A DNA stretch of 64,000 nucleotides, from the NCBI RefSeq assembly GCF_009914755.1, contig NC_060933.1; one strand, written 5' to 3'. The position numbers were made by a program, and so were the translations under genes. The DNA is from the human T2T-CHM13v2.0 reference genome, Homo sapiens. Under the pieces are notes generated by a model. It was not told where the DNA came from. It searched no databases and was given only the letters and a program-made list of their open reading frames with translations. This document shows positions 27,515 to 41,885 of the stretch, one piece after another; within the stretch, counting starts at the first letter, position 1, and each line of letters starts with the position of its first letter.

Positions 27515-27644
27515 GCTGCCCAATTTGGTTTTTGTTTTTTATTGAGTTGAGTTTCATTCGGCAAACACTAGCCACATGAGTGTCTTACTGGGCCTCAATG
27601 CTCACCACCTTCCAGAACCGCGGCCAGCCACCCACTGATGCCAT
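27515..27644 (-). other. PSMB7: PSMB7 short 3'UTR (end approximate)
   Basis: Lies between the stop codon and the likely cleavage site ~20-25 nt past AATAAA; a GT-rich tract follows on the minus strand. Confidence 0.8.
27538..27543 (-). terminator. PSMB7: PSMB7 poly(A) signal AATAAA
   Basis: tttatt on the + strand, ~100 nt after the stop, with a downstream GT-rich element (tgtgtggtgttttt on minus). Confidence 0.85.
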
Positions 27645-27990
<346 letters not shown>

Positions 27991-30808
27991 TTGGTGGACA
28001 CGTGACTCTCCCCCCACCCCACCATCCCCACAAGTGCTGGGAAGCACTTGGTCCCTTGACATCAATCTTCAACCTCCCTACAATACTGTTCAGGGACAGC
28101 AGGAAGCAAATCCCATCATTACACAAGAGAAGGGCATGATTGCTCTTCCGTGCAGCAACAAGAATGACTTAACTGTTACCTTAGACACTGCACAAACATC
28201 TGGAAGCATAAACAGTGTAAAAAAATGTGCAGCCAGACTCTGGGCTTGTCATTTCAGACCACTCTCAAGTCTCAAGAAAAGTTAACTGTCCCTTTCAGGG
28301 ACACAGTGGGTCCCCACTAGGACACACCCAACACCTTCTTCCTGGAGTGAATCTGGCAGAGGTTTCTTTGAGCACCAGACTGTCTAGAAGATATGTATTT
28401 GGGCTGTTAATGCTCACAGTGGGTCAGGAATTAGGATACTGTCAAATGGCAGCACACAACCAACTGTTCCTCTGCTCTAGCCCCAGCTGGGGTAATATCT
28501 CTGTCAAACTTGCTGTCCTTCAGGAACTGCCAGAAGGCTGCTGGCTGTGCCATGGCCTTGTGCTCCCGGAACACCCATCCTCTCCCCTGGACACACGGGC
28601 TAAAAGAGGGAGCAGGAAGCAGAACAAGGAGGGCAACTTCCACAGTTCTGCATCCAGGTCAGGAGCACGGTCAGCCCAGAGCGGCCTGCCTTTATGCTGC
28701 CAAGCCTCTCCCGACCCCCACCCTCTTAAAGAATCCAAGCAAAAGTACCTTTGAACAATGTGTCCCCACCCCATCAGTTTGAGGATGCCCCTCATCCCTC
28801 ACACGCTGGAACCTTGGTGGCAGCGTGCAGTCTTAGAGCCAAAGTCCCACGTGGCCTCTGTGTGCCTGACTCCTCTGAACCACCCCTCAGTGTCTCCGGG
28901 AGGCTTGGACACACAAGAGCCTCCTCACCACTGTGGTGACAGTGCCCGATTTTTGCGGCATGCATTCAGAGCTTCCGCCTTACGTGCCAGTGGACTGCAA
29001 GACCGTGTGCTGGAGGGCTGCGGGCAGACAGGCAGCAGGGACTTGCCAGGCAAGGCCCACTGGCGCATGGCACGGGATGCTTCCTCAGGCCTATCGCCCT
29101 GCCCGCACCCTAACATCCACCCTGGGAAGGGCTCCCCTAACTCAGGCAGTGCCCCCATCTTCAGTCACTGGCAAAGAAGACAACAGAGTCCAGGGAGCTT
29201 GGACACTTGCTGCCCTTGGCCCCAGGACACCGATGGGGAGCAGGCTCCCTGCAGGTTACTGCACACCCACCACACGCCCAGCAGCTTCTGGGTCGCCTTG
29301 CTGATTCTTCCCAAGCAGCCGCAAGGCGGTTTTCTTTTGTTCTTGGGTGTTTAGAGCCTCTGTTTACAAGTGGAGCAGCCCATGTCCCAGGAAGTAGGAT
29401 GTGCCACTGCTGCACTCCCTGTGGATGAGGACTCCTGCGCTCAGCACAGGTTCCCTAGGCAACCACTTCTCACTGGCCCAGACGTGGCTTTCAGAGTCCT
29501 CGCCCAGGACCCTGGCCAGCCTGAATGGTGTAACCATTCCCTACCCCATCACCGCTTCACCATGGACTTGCTCAAATCACGCATCTTGCAAAATAACCAG
29601 CGAAGCAGGCTACATGGAGTACTTGGCTCCTGCCTACCTGGAGCTCGGCAAAGCCCGGTTCCCCAACACAGCTCTGGGCCTGAAAGGTGGCTTGCCTTCC
29701 TGCTAAAGGCCCGAGGGACTTCGTGGGCTCATTAGAGGTCATCTGGTTTAGCTCCATTTCCAAGACAGACTGATTTGCTGGAAGCCACCAAGCCAGCCAC
29801 CAACACTCCCCAACCCCAGTGCCAGCGTTCTCTGGCCCCGTGCTGCCCCACCCCATCAGGAGCCCACTGAGCTTCCGCAAGGTTGAGTGCAGCCCACAGT
29901 GAATACCTGCTGGTTCTGAACGTTCCATTCCTTCCTTGTGAATTACTCCTGATGTGGAGTTGTGTGTGCAGTGGGAGATGGAAGCAAGCCTGCAGAAGGT
30001 GGTGCTCACTTCCTCGGGGCTACCGTGGAGCTGAGTGGGAGCCGTAGTTTATAAATGCCCTGTGCTGCACCCAGATGCTGCAGCTGGAAGCAGCACTCAG
30101 GGAGCCCATCCTGACCTGCCCGGGCTCCCAGAAGAGGTCAGGAGCCACAGGACGGTCAAGCAGCCGGACAGTCACGAGACACTGCAAACGAGCTGCTCCT
30201 CTGACACATGCTAGCCACCAGGTTTGGAAACCTCCCAGTTCTGCTCAGCAAATCAACTAGAACCTTCTCCCACTGCTCTGAGTCTGCGCTGCACCACTGA
30301 GCCGAGGGGCCCACTCAGCATGTAGGCTCAGGCTCAATGGCACAACTCCCTGTAGCACAGCACACACACACTAGCTCCCAAGGCCACCTCTGGGAGGCTG
30401 TTAGCATTGCTGACTTACACCCAGTTAGGAATCTCGGGGCACTCTGAGGGAAAGTGCTGGGGCTGCCCTGAAAAATGCACCTTCTCCCAGAAATCAGGGG
30501 ATTCTTTAAGACACTTGAGAAAGGACAGCAGATGATCCAAACCTCTCCGGCCCCACCTCCCAGCCTAGGGCTCTTTCCTGGGCCACCCTCCACCTCTCCC
30601 ATCAAATTAAATCACTTTCCTACACCTGACAGCAGCCCACTGTCATAAAGCAAGTAACAAGCCGAAGGTCTGTGTGGGAGGTTGATTTGGGAACACTGGA
30701 TGTACTTAATGTGGAAAGAACCAGGAAAACTCCATCCAGATGCCATGGAGATACCAAGGGTGGCCACGACGCCAGGGGACCCAGGAAGAACTTCGTCTCC
30801 TTCACTCA

Positions 30809-31000
<192 letters not shown>

Positions 31001-31225
31001 CTAGGGCCTGCTCTGACATCCGCAATGTACGTCCACTAGCAGTGCGCAAGACCTCCCGCGAGACAGGTGTTGTTTTTAATGCCCATCTCACAGATGAGGA
31101 AAAGATCTCAAAGTACCTTGATGATTTACCCAAAGTTCCCGACCCAGGCCTTTAAAACTTTTTATGCATGCACCGCCTCTTGACCACATCAGACAATCAC
31201 CACAAAACGATGGGCTGACAGTTAC

Positions 31226-31448
31226 TAGAGGGTTAGTAACTTATCTTTAAAAGGGCCAGGTAGTAAATATTTTAGGCTTTGTGGCCAAAAGTCTCTACCA
31301 CACCTACTCAACTCTGTCACGCTAGCACAAAACAGCCACACACAAATACATTAAAAAATGGGTATAACTGTGTTCCAATAAAACTCTATTAGCAACAGGC
31401 AGTGGGCCAGATCTGGCCCACTGACTGCAGTTTACTAACTATCCCCTG
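31226..31448 (+). mobile_element. MER58A-like hAT-Charlie DNA element
   Basis: aagggccaggtagtaaatattttaggctttgtggcc...tactcaactctg...tgtgttccaataaaact...gggccagatctggccca. Confidence 0.85.
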
Positions 31449-32331
31449 ATCAAGAATGTCCAACAATAGCTGAAAGTTACTTGAGAAAGTCAGCACTGTA
31501 GGAGGAAGAAACTAACACCAAAACACAAGCCGGTAGTTCTGGGGAAATGCTGGCAGACCAAGGGCGGGACCTCTTGCCCAGAATAATCTCTCTCTCCTAC
31601 TAAGGAACCTATAGGTTCACTGAAGTAATCCATTACTTTGAATCACTCTCTCCTTTGCCCCACCTTTAAACACAAATCCCCATCCCTAATAGTTACTGGT
31701 GAACAGATGGACTCATCCCTTTCTTATCCGAGAAGCCCCATCACATGCTATGTCCTATCACATGCTATACCAGAAGCTAGGGCTGCAGAGGTGGATGACG
31801 CCCCCAGATCCCTGCCCCCTAGGGGCTTAAGAGTCTAGCAGGGGCACCTGACCCAAGTAAGTACAATGCAGGGTAAGGCTGGCTAAAGAGCACGTGAAAA
31901 GGAGCTGGGAACACAGCTGGTCAGCAGAGCTTCAGGGAGGGCTGAAGGACAGGCTGCACACGAGGCACTCAGAAAACAGCAGTGAAACAGAAGGCAGGCA
32001 GCAACGGCAGTGGTACTGGACCTGGGGAACACCAAGTTCAAGCTCTATATACAACGAGGACAAAAATGAACCAGGCTCCCTGAAAGCAGGGAATCTAACC
32101 TGTGCTACGGCGCCTTCCCAGTCCACGAGGGCGTGAGAGTACATACACATGCAAGTGCACTCCAGCGCTCACCCAAGCAACACCCTTGGAGAAACACGGA
32201 CTCCAGGCCCAAATCCAGCCTGAGACCCTCAAAGGGCAGATCCGCTAACCTCAAGTTTTCAGAAGATCTGAACCCACTGGGGGCTCCTGCTCCTCTGCCT
32301 GCCCCATGCCAGACTAGGATTCCAGTGACAT

Positions 32332-32350
32332 AAGCGCCCTCTACAGACTC
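32332..32350 (-). promoter_or_regulatory. Candidate CTCF site
   Basis: Minus strand GAGTCTGTAGAGGGCGCTT fits the CTCF core CCWSYAGRKGGCRS except for T at the first C. Confidence 0.4.
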
Positions 32351-33205
32351 AGAAGGACAGAGAAGGTTCTGCTGGAAGTGGGCTCCTCAGCAAACCAGCA
32401 GATAGGGGTTCCTTTGATATTTATACCCCAGGTTTTTTCACTCTCACGTGACATCTATGTGGGGCCAATGAAGCCAATTCTTCTTTTGTACATATGCAGT
32501 CCTGTAAGAATGCATTCAAACGGGATCCGCTAATTAGGAATTTTCTCCTGGAATTCTCAACAGTCTATGGGGCCAGAAGCTTTCCACAAACCAGTGAAGG
32601 TGGCAGCAAAGAAAGCCTCTTAGACGAGGAGCTGGCAGCAGCTGCTATCTAGATAGACAGCAAAAACCAACCACTAATTCAGCAAACACAACCTCATACC
32701 TAACCGCTTCCCTTTAAATGGCCTTCGGTGTGTGCGCACATGGGCACGTGCGGGGAGAACCATACTTATTCCCCTGTTCCCGGCCTACCACCTCTGCTCC
32801 CCCTTCTCTTCTCTACCATTTAACTGTCTCCTCTGCTTTGTTTCTTATCACTGCTGCTGGTGTCTAGAGCCAGCCAGCAGTACCTGGCAGACATCGCGAC
32901 CCTGCGGGCAGCGCTTAGGACTGCACATTTACATTTCCCAAATGATCTGGGTAGATGGGGACAGGTGAAGACTTGGGGAAACGGAAATATACGAATGACA
33001 TGAGACATGCATATCTAGTGTCAATCCATTCGACTGGGCACAGGACAGCAGACTGCTGACAGTGCTATGTAAGATTATGAGTGATCCTCCCTCTATTTTG
33101 CAAACAGTCTGTAAGTAACTGATAAAACTTTAAAATATGCAAATTTTAAAATTATATAGTTTGATTTACTCATCAAATTATCATGTATGCTGTTATTTAA
33201 GTATG

Positions 33206-33211
33206 AATAAA
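33206..33211 (+). terminator. Candidate distal + strand poly(A) signal (long NEK6 3'UTR or antisense lncRNA end)
   Basis: AATAAA preceded by ~150 nt of AT-rich sequence with several TGTA motifs and followed by T-rich tracts. Confidence 0.5.
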
Positions 33212-34769
33212 GGCTTTTTTAAATTGGGAAAATACATCTTTTAAATTCCTTTCCTCCCCACCAATTCTAGGGAAGATCATTCCTTAAGGAAGAAAATCTC
33301 AAGTTTCTCACTTTTTTCCCCCCAGTCCCACTCCATGTCTCATATACACATGGCTGAAGATGTTAGGAGATGGAATGAAACTTAGATTTATGGAGCACCT
33401 ATATGCTCACTAAAACAATCAATCAATCAACATCTACCAGCACTCTAACGTGCCAAGCCCTGAGTTGGGCACTTTGATGATCATCATGTTCACCCCTGCC
33501 CCCAACCATCTTTTGATGTTGGTATGGTCAGAAACTCTGGCTGACGGTCAATGACTTACACAAGGTCACACAGCAGGTAAACAAAAAATAGCAAAACAGG
33601 CCCATCAGGCCCCAGAGCCACAAGGCCGCAGCACCACACCAACTCGCAAGTGACCTTCCTTGGGCCGGGGGCTCCTCAGCTAGTCCCTGACTCAAGGCTG
33701 TGTCATTCACGCCCCACCACCAAAGAGCCTTAAGACCTGGGTAAATTTAAGAGGAGGAGGATGGTGTTTGCCGGTTTCTCTCTGGGCCAACCAGCAGCTC
33801 CTCTGATGGTCACTCCCATTGGGGGTTGGAGGGCAGTGTTTCCCAAAATACCCAAGACTACCACTTCAAGGGCCTTCTTCATTCTCAACCAAGTTAGGGC
33901 AACATCTCTACAATGCAACACCAGATCAATATTAAGATCTAAGGTCTTATTTAACATATCCCTCCCTTAACACCCCAAACCCTCATAATCAAAACAGCGT
34001 GGAAATGACCAAAGGCTCTACTGTCCACCCACTACTTACACAGTTAATGTCTTTAACACACACCTATAGGGACCTACTATGTTCCAGGAACTGCTTCAAT
34101 GCTGAATACTGTCTCTGACTACAGTATTTCCATACACAGAATTCTAGACACGTATGCAAATATGCTACTGGGCATATTCATACTGTGTTTTCTTTATAGT
34201 GGAATTTCACAATTAAACAACTTTTGTCTTTAACATGTGCTACCAAATATTTAAGAAAACTATCAAGAAAAACCACAAACTAAAGGCAAGAGGTGGGGAA
34301 AACACCACATTTGTATCTGTCTCCAGCCCACAATAAGCGCAAGAAGCACTGTCTCTTCCTTTAGGATTAGTTCTTCGTAGGGAAACTGCACCTCCCTTTT
34401 CTGGAAGATGCAGAGTGACCTAGGGCCTGGGCAGCATCTGCCCGGGGACAGCTGCTACAGAGGGGCCTTGATAAGGGCTCTGCAGAGCCCATGACCCCAG
34501 GTGGTCAGGCCCAGGTGCGATGCTCTCTCCCACAGCCAGGGAGGCATCTGCCCCCAGCCAGCTGCCTATGCATTTATGTTGCAGGTCACAAGGGAACCTC
34601 AGTGTGGCGATGGGCGAGTAGGCCTTACCCTCGTTACCAAAAAATGGCCCTCCAGGCCAACAGCAGCTTCCTTTTGCTTTCAGACGCTCAGCTAAAAGAT
34701 CACCATGACCCTGACGATTAAACACCAGCTGGGGAACCCAGGTTCAAGGAGACATGGAGGCAGACAGAA

Positions 34770-34970
34770 TGGGTTTGAATCCCCAGTCTACTACTTACTG
34801 CTGGGCAACCCTGGACAAGTCACTACACCTCTCTGAGTTTACTCTCCCGCTCTGTAATATAATGATAATAAATCCAACTTCATAAGATTACTAACAAATT
34901 AGAAATAAAGGTACAGAAAGCACCTGCTATAGTTTCTGGCACATAGCTACTGCTTAATAAATGGTAAGTT
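34770..34970 (+). mobile_element. MIR
   Basis: gggtttgaatcccc...ggacaagtcactacacctctctgag...ctggcacatag...aataaatg. Confidence 0.8.
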
Positions 34971-36619
34971 ATTTAGTAAAGCAAGCCAGAGGGCTCCTAA
35001 AAACACAACTTATCTCTAAGCAGCAACTGCCTATACCAAACCCCAGGCCAGGACAAGGAGGGCCAAACAAACCTGCTGACAAATCTTCACACAGTGCCAC
35101 AGAGAAGTTCCTATAATAATTAATCCAAGCAAAAAGCATACTCCCTAAAGTTCAGAAAATATAAAAGGAACACTTCTTGCTTTATGGCTACAAAGACCAA
35201 ACTAACTGGGAATATCAGTCCCCCGGGCCACCCCTGCTTCTTAAATGAGATTACAATAAGAGTGATGTACTGTACTACAAGTCAGCTGTGACAAGCAGCA
35301 CTTTATAGAGCTATCTGTTTGTCTCCATCACCGCATCGCACAATGTGTCCCTGGACTCCAATGTGCAGTTCCATTTACCGCTACATGACAAATGGGCAGC
35401 ACTTGTAAAAGGCACAAAGAGGTCCACGTCGGCCACGTAATGGTCACCACAGCTGTACCCGAGTGCTTGAGGGGACAAAACAGACCCCCAAGTTCATTAA
35501 ACTGACCAGTAATGGATCTTTCAAAAAGTGCCTTAGGAATCATACAGAAAAGGCTGAAATAAATAACTCAGCATGGAAGGCAAATCTGAAATGGTGTTTG
35601 ATAAATTATTTATAACATGGGCGATTGTCTGCATTTAATATTGGAGCTACTAGTAGCATCTTTAAAAGATGATTTATGTGTTGTAATGCTATTAAACTTT
35701 ATATTGGCCCACTGCTAGCTATAAAGTCTGCTGAGATTTAGAGAATGAGTTTTAAACTGTCACTGCAACATCATAGGAGATGGAGACTGTATTAAATCTT
35801 TACTTTAAACCTGTTATCTAGAGAGTTGCATTTTGTAGACACTCACAAACTGATAGATTACCTCGGCATCCACTATAGTGCAGGTCCAAAATAGTACTGC
35901 CAAGAAACTTTTTCCGCATTATTCTTGTCTACAGCTACAATCGAATTTCTCTTCTCACTTAAGTGATTTTTAGATTGGGAATGTCACCAGAGAAAAATGT
36001 AGCTGTGCCAGCCAATGGGCACTCTGGACAGTTCAGCATCAAATTAATACTCTTTAAATACACCCTCTTCATTTGACTGTTCAGCTATGCATCTCAACAC
36101 TGCTTTACTTACACTGGAGGCAGGCAAAATATTAAATATGCACTTGACTGAAAACCTAACAGACTATTTTATACATAGCTTTGGAATGTGAAAGTTCATG
36201 TATATGGCAAGTCATTTGACATAACTGATTTGTAACTAAAATTTTTAAAATAATTTAAAAAGAAATAAAATTGGTTATTTGCCGGCAAATATATTGTTTA
36301 TGTAGCTGAAGAGCTGGCCTAGGGGGCAGAAAACAAAGAGATACTCAGCCTTTTTCCTGAGGAACAGGGCTCCCCCAGCTCCAAGGGTTTTCAAGGCAGC
36401 ACCCAAGTGTCCCTTGCCTTCTGCGCCACCTCCATGCCAGGAGGAAGGGGTGCAGCTCTCCTGCCTTTGCTGGGGGAAGCAAGAATGCGGATGGCATCAC
36501 GGCGGAATCCTCACAACTTTCATCCATTTCCCTGTGTCTTTCTGAATCTATATTTAGTTCCATTAGTTCACAACCATTTGCTCCTTCATTAACCACTAAG
36601 GATTTAACTCGTAAGAAGT

Positions 36620-36920
36620 GAGGCAGGGGAGGGTTGGGGAGATGCTGGCCAAAGGATACAACATCTCAGTTAGAAGGAGTAAGTTCAAGAGATATATTGT
36701 ACAACATACTGGTTATAGTTAATAACAATGTATTGTATTCTTGAAAAACAGCTAAGAAAGATTTAAGTGTTCTCACCACAAAAAAAAAATTTGAGGTAAT
36801 GCATGTTAATATATTAGCTTGACTTTGCCATTCCACAATGTACACAAATTTCAAAACATCATTTGCATATGGTAAGTATATACAGTTTTTATTGCCAAGC
36901 CAAATAATTAATTTTTTAAA
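36620..36920 (+). mobile_element. L1MA-type 3'UTR end
   Basis: aaaggatacaa...aagttcaagagatatattgtacaacat...taataacaatgtattgtattcttgaaaa...tgttctcaccacaaaaa. Confidence 0.88.
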
Positions 36921-39699
36921 AAGAAGGCAATCCAAATGCAGCTTGGAAAATCTTCATTATCTTTTGTCACTTTGATTTGAAATAGCAAAAAATTCCATTC
37001 CTCTGATGATCTAGAGCAGAACAGATAAAAGTCTGGGTGTGATGAGAATTTGGACTCTAAAGAGAGAGGATGAAAATTCTGAACATCAGGGGTCCGCCCT
37101 ACACCTTCTCCATCTTTGTATCCCAGGGAACTAGCCTGGTGCTTGGCATGTAGGTCAACAAATGAAAAAACGAAACGTTCACTTCAAATGCATGCATGGC
37201 TCTGCCAAACTCAAAGACTCTGAAATCATGAGAGAGACCCCTACCAAATGGGGCAATTCCCAAACTGCACCAGTCCCAACTGGAGACCATTCAAAGACAA
37301 GCGCTTGAGAGGAGGAGGTCTGAACACGATGTGTTTGTTGGGGGCCTGCTGACAGGCTAAGGCTCTGACTCTGCCACTGATGTGGCCTGAAGACTCATTA
37401 ATGGTTGATGGTTGAATACAATTGAAAGAGCTCAAAAAAGTGTTTGAAACGGTCTCCGCGAAAGCAGCATGCTCCCTGCACTGAGTCACAGACTTGACGT
37501 ATCCCATGTATAGCCACATATTTTACGGTAGAAAACTTTTTTTTTCCGGACTGGGCTGTGTGACAAGAGCAAAGGTGTCTAGAGTTTGGAGTTTGGCCTG
37601 AGCTTTCTGGGTGAATACGCCTGCCTGTGTGAACACCTAGGAATTCAGCAGAGCCGAGCTGCAGCTGGTGCTGGGCACGCTTAGAGCCGGGAGTGAGCCA
37701 GTGACTGCATCTTTAACGCCTAGCTGGTGTTGCCATTTCTTTCCTTGATAGCTTTTTTTTTGGTACCAGGATCTGGGTGACACAAATAATAAAGGAAAAA
37801 CTTGCTGTGCGTGCAGGAGTTTTAGGGGTTTTAAGTGGGAATGGGAAGGGGTGCTCATGTTCACGAAATTGCCAGCCAGGTCTGTCCTAGGTCACTGAGT
37901 GATGCCTGTCAGAACTCGCAGCCAGGAAGAGATGTCAGCGGCTGCACGGCCACAATGGGCTGGAAAAGGGTAGCCCAGAATGAGGACAGCCCTGGACAGC
38001 GGGTCACTCTCTGAGCCAAAGAGTGCCCTTCGTAAGTATGAGAATAATGCCTCTGTCCAAGGAATAAAATGAGAGAAATGACCCCAACACAGCAATTTCA
38101 CAAACAGGACGGTTAGCACGTCCTAGGGTCGAAGAAAACAGGCAAGGGTATGAGAGAACTAACACCAGGCACCTGCCACACCCCCGGGTCTGAGCCAAAC
38201 ACTTGCGTTATTTATTGAATTCCCAACTGCTGGTACAGATGAGGAAACTGGGGCTCTCAGAAAGGTTGGCTGATGCACTCAAAGGCACAAGGCTGTGTAC
38301 AAGCAGGAGAGTCGGGGATGCATGCCAGATTAGTGCCTGGCACCACCAAAGCCTGTCTTCCTATCCCACCATTAGGAAAATCTGTGGCGGGCAAGTGGTT
38401 TTGCTGGAATCCGTGACAGTGAATGGAAGGAAAAATACCTAAGCTTCCAGAGGGAAAAGAACCAAAAGAGACAAGAACATATTGCTTTCCACAAGGAGAA
38501 GAAATCAATGTTCACAGCATATGTGTATACAAATATATATTTCCAAGGCTACACTGAATCAAATGTAATCAGAGAAAAAAAAAAAAAAAAGAAAGCCTGG
38601 GTTTAAAGAAAAGTGAGAAATATGCTCAACAATCCTCAAAACGAAAACCAGGCTGTGGCAGATACTAATAAGATCCTCATCACATTTCTCTCTCTCTGCA
38701 AAAACAACGCGGCCCGTGATAACTCTGGCAATAAACTCCTGGAGCCACGGAAAGGGCTATCACCTGAAAACACAGAGAAATGAAGTGAATCTGTTTCATG
38801 GGTCACAACAAAGCAGCAGCCAGCACTAGAATTTCTCAGGATAAGGAGAGTAAGCAATGACAGAAATCCAGTCCTGTCAGAAGCAGAGACTGAAATCAGG
38901 GTCTGAGACCAGCAGAAGAGCTGCGTTCCCACCTCCAACATCTGGATAGGACAAAACCACTGCTAGATGCTGGGCACATGTGGGAAGGCTATCACAGGCA
39001 CTGTGTTATATGACATGATCCTTCTTCCACAGCCTGACAAGGCCCAGGCAGAACCAGAAGGAGATCCAAGGAAGTACAGAGTGCTCTTGTTCTAGGAAGT
39101 TTAAAGATGGCCAAAATGAGGCAAATTTCAAATGATGCAAAACTCCTGCAAAACGGCCAGGTTAGCTTAGCTCAGCAAGCATCACGAGCGGCCTGCTATG
39201 AACACACCGCACACGCTGTGCTGAACAATGGAGACAGGCCTGAACACAGAGCCTGCCCATGAGAATTGTGGAGCCCAGAAGGGGAAACAAGGAGATAATC
39301 TCATTACAATGAGGTAAGAGCTAGCTAGAGACAGGCCTGACAAAGGAGCCACAGATGGACACGGGTCTCGTGGGGTGCAGGTGATGGAGACTGGGCAGGG
39401 TCTTGTAATACAAGTGAAAGGTAGCCAAGTCAAAGGGCAGACGTGTAGGCAGGAAGAGAGCCATGAACATGGGAAGGAGAAAGGTGTGGTCGAGTAGGTA
39501 GTTCAGTGTGGCTGATTGCCAGAGAACCTCACAGGCTATACAGACAGCCCACCCTTTATGCTAAGCAGCAGGAAGACACAAAAATTTCTACCTGGAAAAT
39601 GATGTACAGTCATGTACCACGTAACATTTTGGACAACAACGGACTGCATATACAACAGTGGTCCCATAAAATTATCATGAAGCTAAAAAAACTCCTCCA

Positions 39700-40115
<416 letters not shown>

Positions 40116-40179
40116 TTAACAAAACATCTAAAAGGTAAAAAAATTAAAAAAAAAATTTTTTAATAGAGAAAAGCTTATA

Positions 40180-40452
40180 GGCCAGGCATGATGGTGCATG
40201 CCTGTAATCCCAGCACTTTGGGAGGCCAAAGCAGGAGCATCACCTGAGGTCAAGAGTTTGAGACCAGCCTGGCCAACATGGTGAAACCCCATCTCTACTA
40301 AAAATACAAAAATTAGCTGGGCGTGGTGATGCGAGCCTGCTGTCCCAGCTGCTGAGGCAGGAGAATCGCTTGAACCTGGAGGTGGAGGTTGCAATGAGCT
40401 GAGATCATGTCCTGCACTCCAACCTGGGCAAGACTCTGTCTCAAAAAACAAA
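40180..40452 (+). mobile_element. AluS-like inside Tigger3
   Basis: Alu body; agcttata occurs on both flanks. Confidence 0.93.
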
Positions 40453-41679
40453 GTCTATAACAAAAGAGCTTATAGACTAAGGATATAAAGAAAAATATTT
40501 TGTACAGCTGTACAATGTGCTTGTGTTTTAAGTTAAGCGTTATAAGGGTCCAAAAGTTTTTAAAATTTACAAACAAGTAAAAAGGTTACGGTAATTACCG
40601 AAATTTTTCTGTGTGTAAATTTAGTGTAGCCTAAGTGTCCAGTGTTGATAAAGTCTACAGTAGTGTACAGTAACACCCTAGGCCTTCACCTTCACTCACC
40701 ACCCACTCACTGACTCACCCAGAGCAATTTCTAGTTTTGCAAGATCCATTCATGGTAAGTGCCCTAGACAGATACACCATTTTTTATCTCATACTATACA
40801 TTTACAGTACCTTTTCTCCATTTATATGTTTAGATACACAAATACTTACTGCTGTGTTACAGCTGCTGACAGTATTCAGCGCAGTTAACATGCTGTACAG
40901 GCTTGCAGCCCAGGAGCAACAGGTTGCACCATAGTGTATAGGTGTGCAGAAGGCCAGACCATCTAGGTTTGTGTAAGTACATCCTATGACATTCACGTGA
41001 TGACAAAATCACCTAAGGATGCATTTCTCAGAATGTGTCCCTGTCGTTAAGCAACACATAACTATAGTTCGACTTGTGCTTTTTGAAACTACGACAGGGA
41101 AGCCGTGGGGGAGGAAATGCCAAAGGCAGGAGACCAGAGAGGAGTTGATGATAATATTCTCAATGAGAGATGGTGGCGGGGCAGCAGGGCCAGGGAGGAG
41201 GATCAGCAGCAGAGCAGATGTGGGTGAGGAGGAAGCAGCAGCCAGGTGAAAGTGCAGGATGGAAAGATGTGGAGGGTGCCACCTGGACTTCTAGCCTCAG
41301 TCATAGGTGCTGACCACCCCTCTGAACAAACACAGCCTTTACACAAAGGCCTTTCATAACTTCTTGGCAATTATTTTTCTGGTGGTTGATGAGAAGACAA
41401 TGGCTGACTTCTCATCAACCCACCCAAATAGAAATGATTCTATTTCCCCCCACTGCACCAGGAGGAGCTAACGCAGATACTTCTCCATGAGACCTCCAGG
41501 CATACACAGCATTCGGATAAACTCTCTGTTACTTAGGTGGGAGGAGGGGGTCTCAAAAAGGCATAAGGAAGCTTCAGGGCTCTGGAACTGATGAATATAG
41601 TCACTATATTGACTGTGGTCATGGGGGGCGGGGGAGGCAATGCTTGACAGAGGCAAAGAATTTGACAGAATAAAGATAT

Positions 41680-41885
41680 GAATCTAGTCCTGTTACTTAC
41701 CAGCGGTGTGACCTCAGTGATAAAAGTCACTCCACATTTTTAAGTTCCAATTTCCCCATCTGCAAAGGAGGACCTAAAACCCCCAAGCACCAGGATGGTC
41801 ATGAGGATGATACGAAGTGTCATGCACAGGAGATGCTGGGCCACGGTGCCTGCAGTGCAGGAAATCCACAATGAATGCTAACTTC
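41680..41885 (+). mobile_element. MIR
   Basis: acttaccagcggtgtgacctc...tttccccatctgcaaa...atgaggat. Confidence 0.65.

Noticed and set aside
31377-31382. + strand AATAAA hexamers inside MER58A (and the MIR at ~34867 and ~34956)
   Set aside because: They lie within repeat elements and lack the supporting context seen at 33206, though use cannot be excluded.
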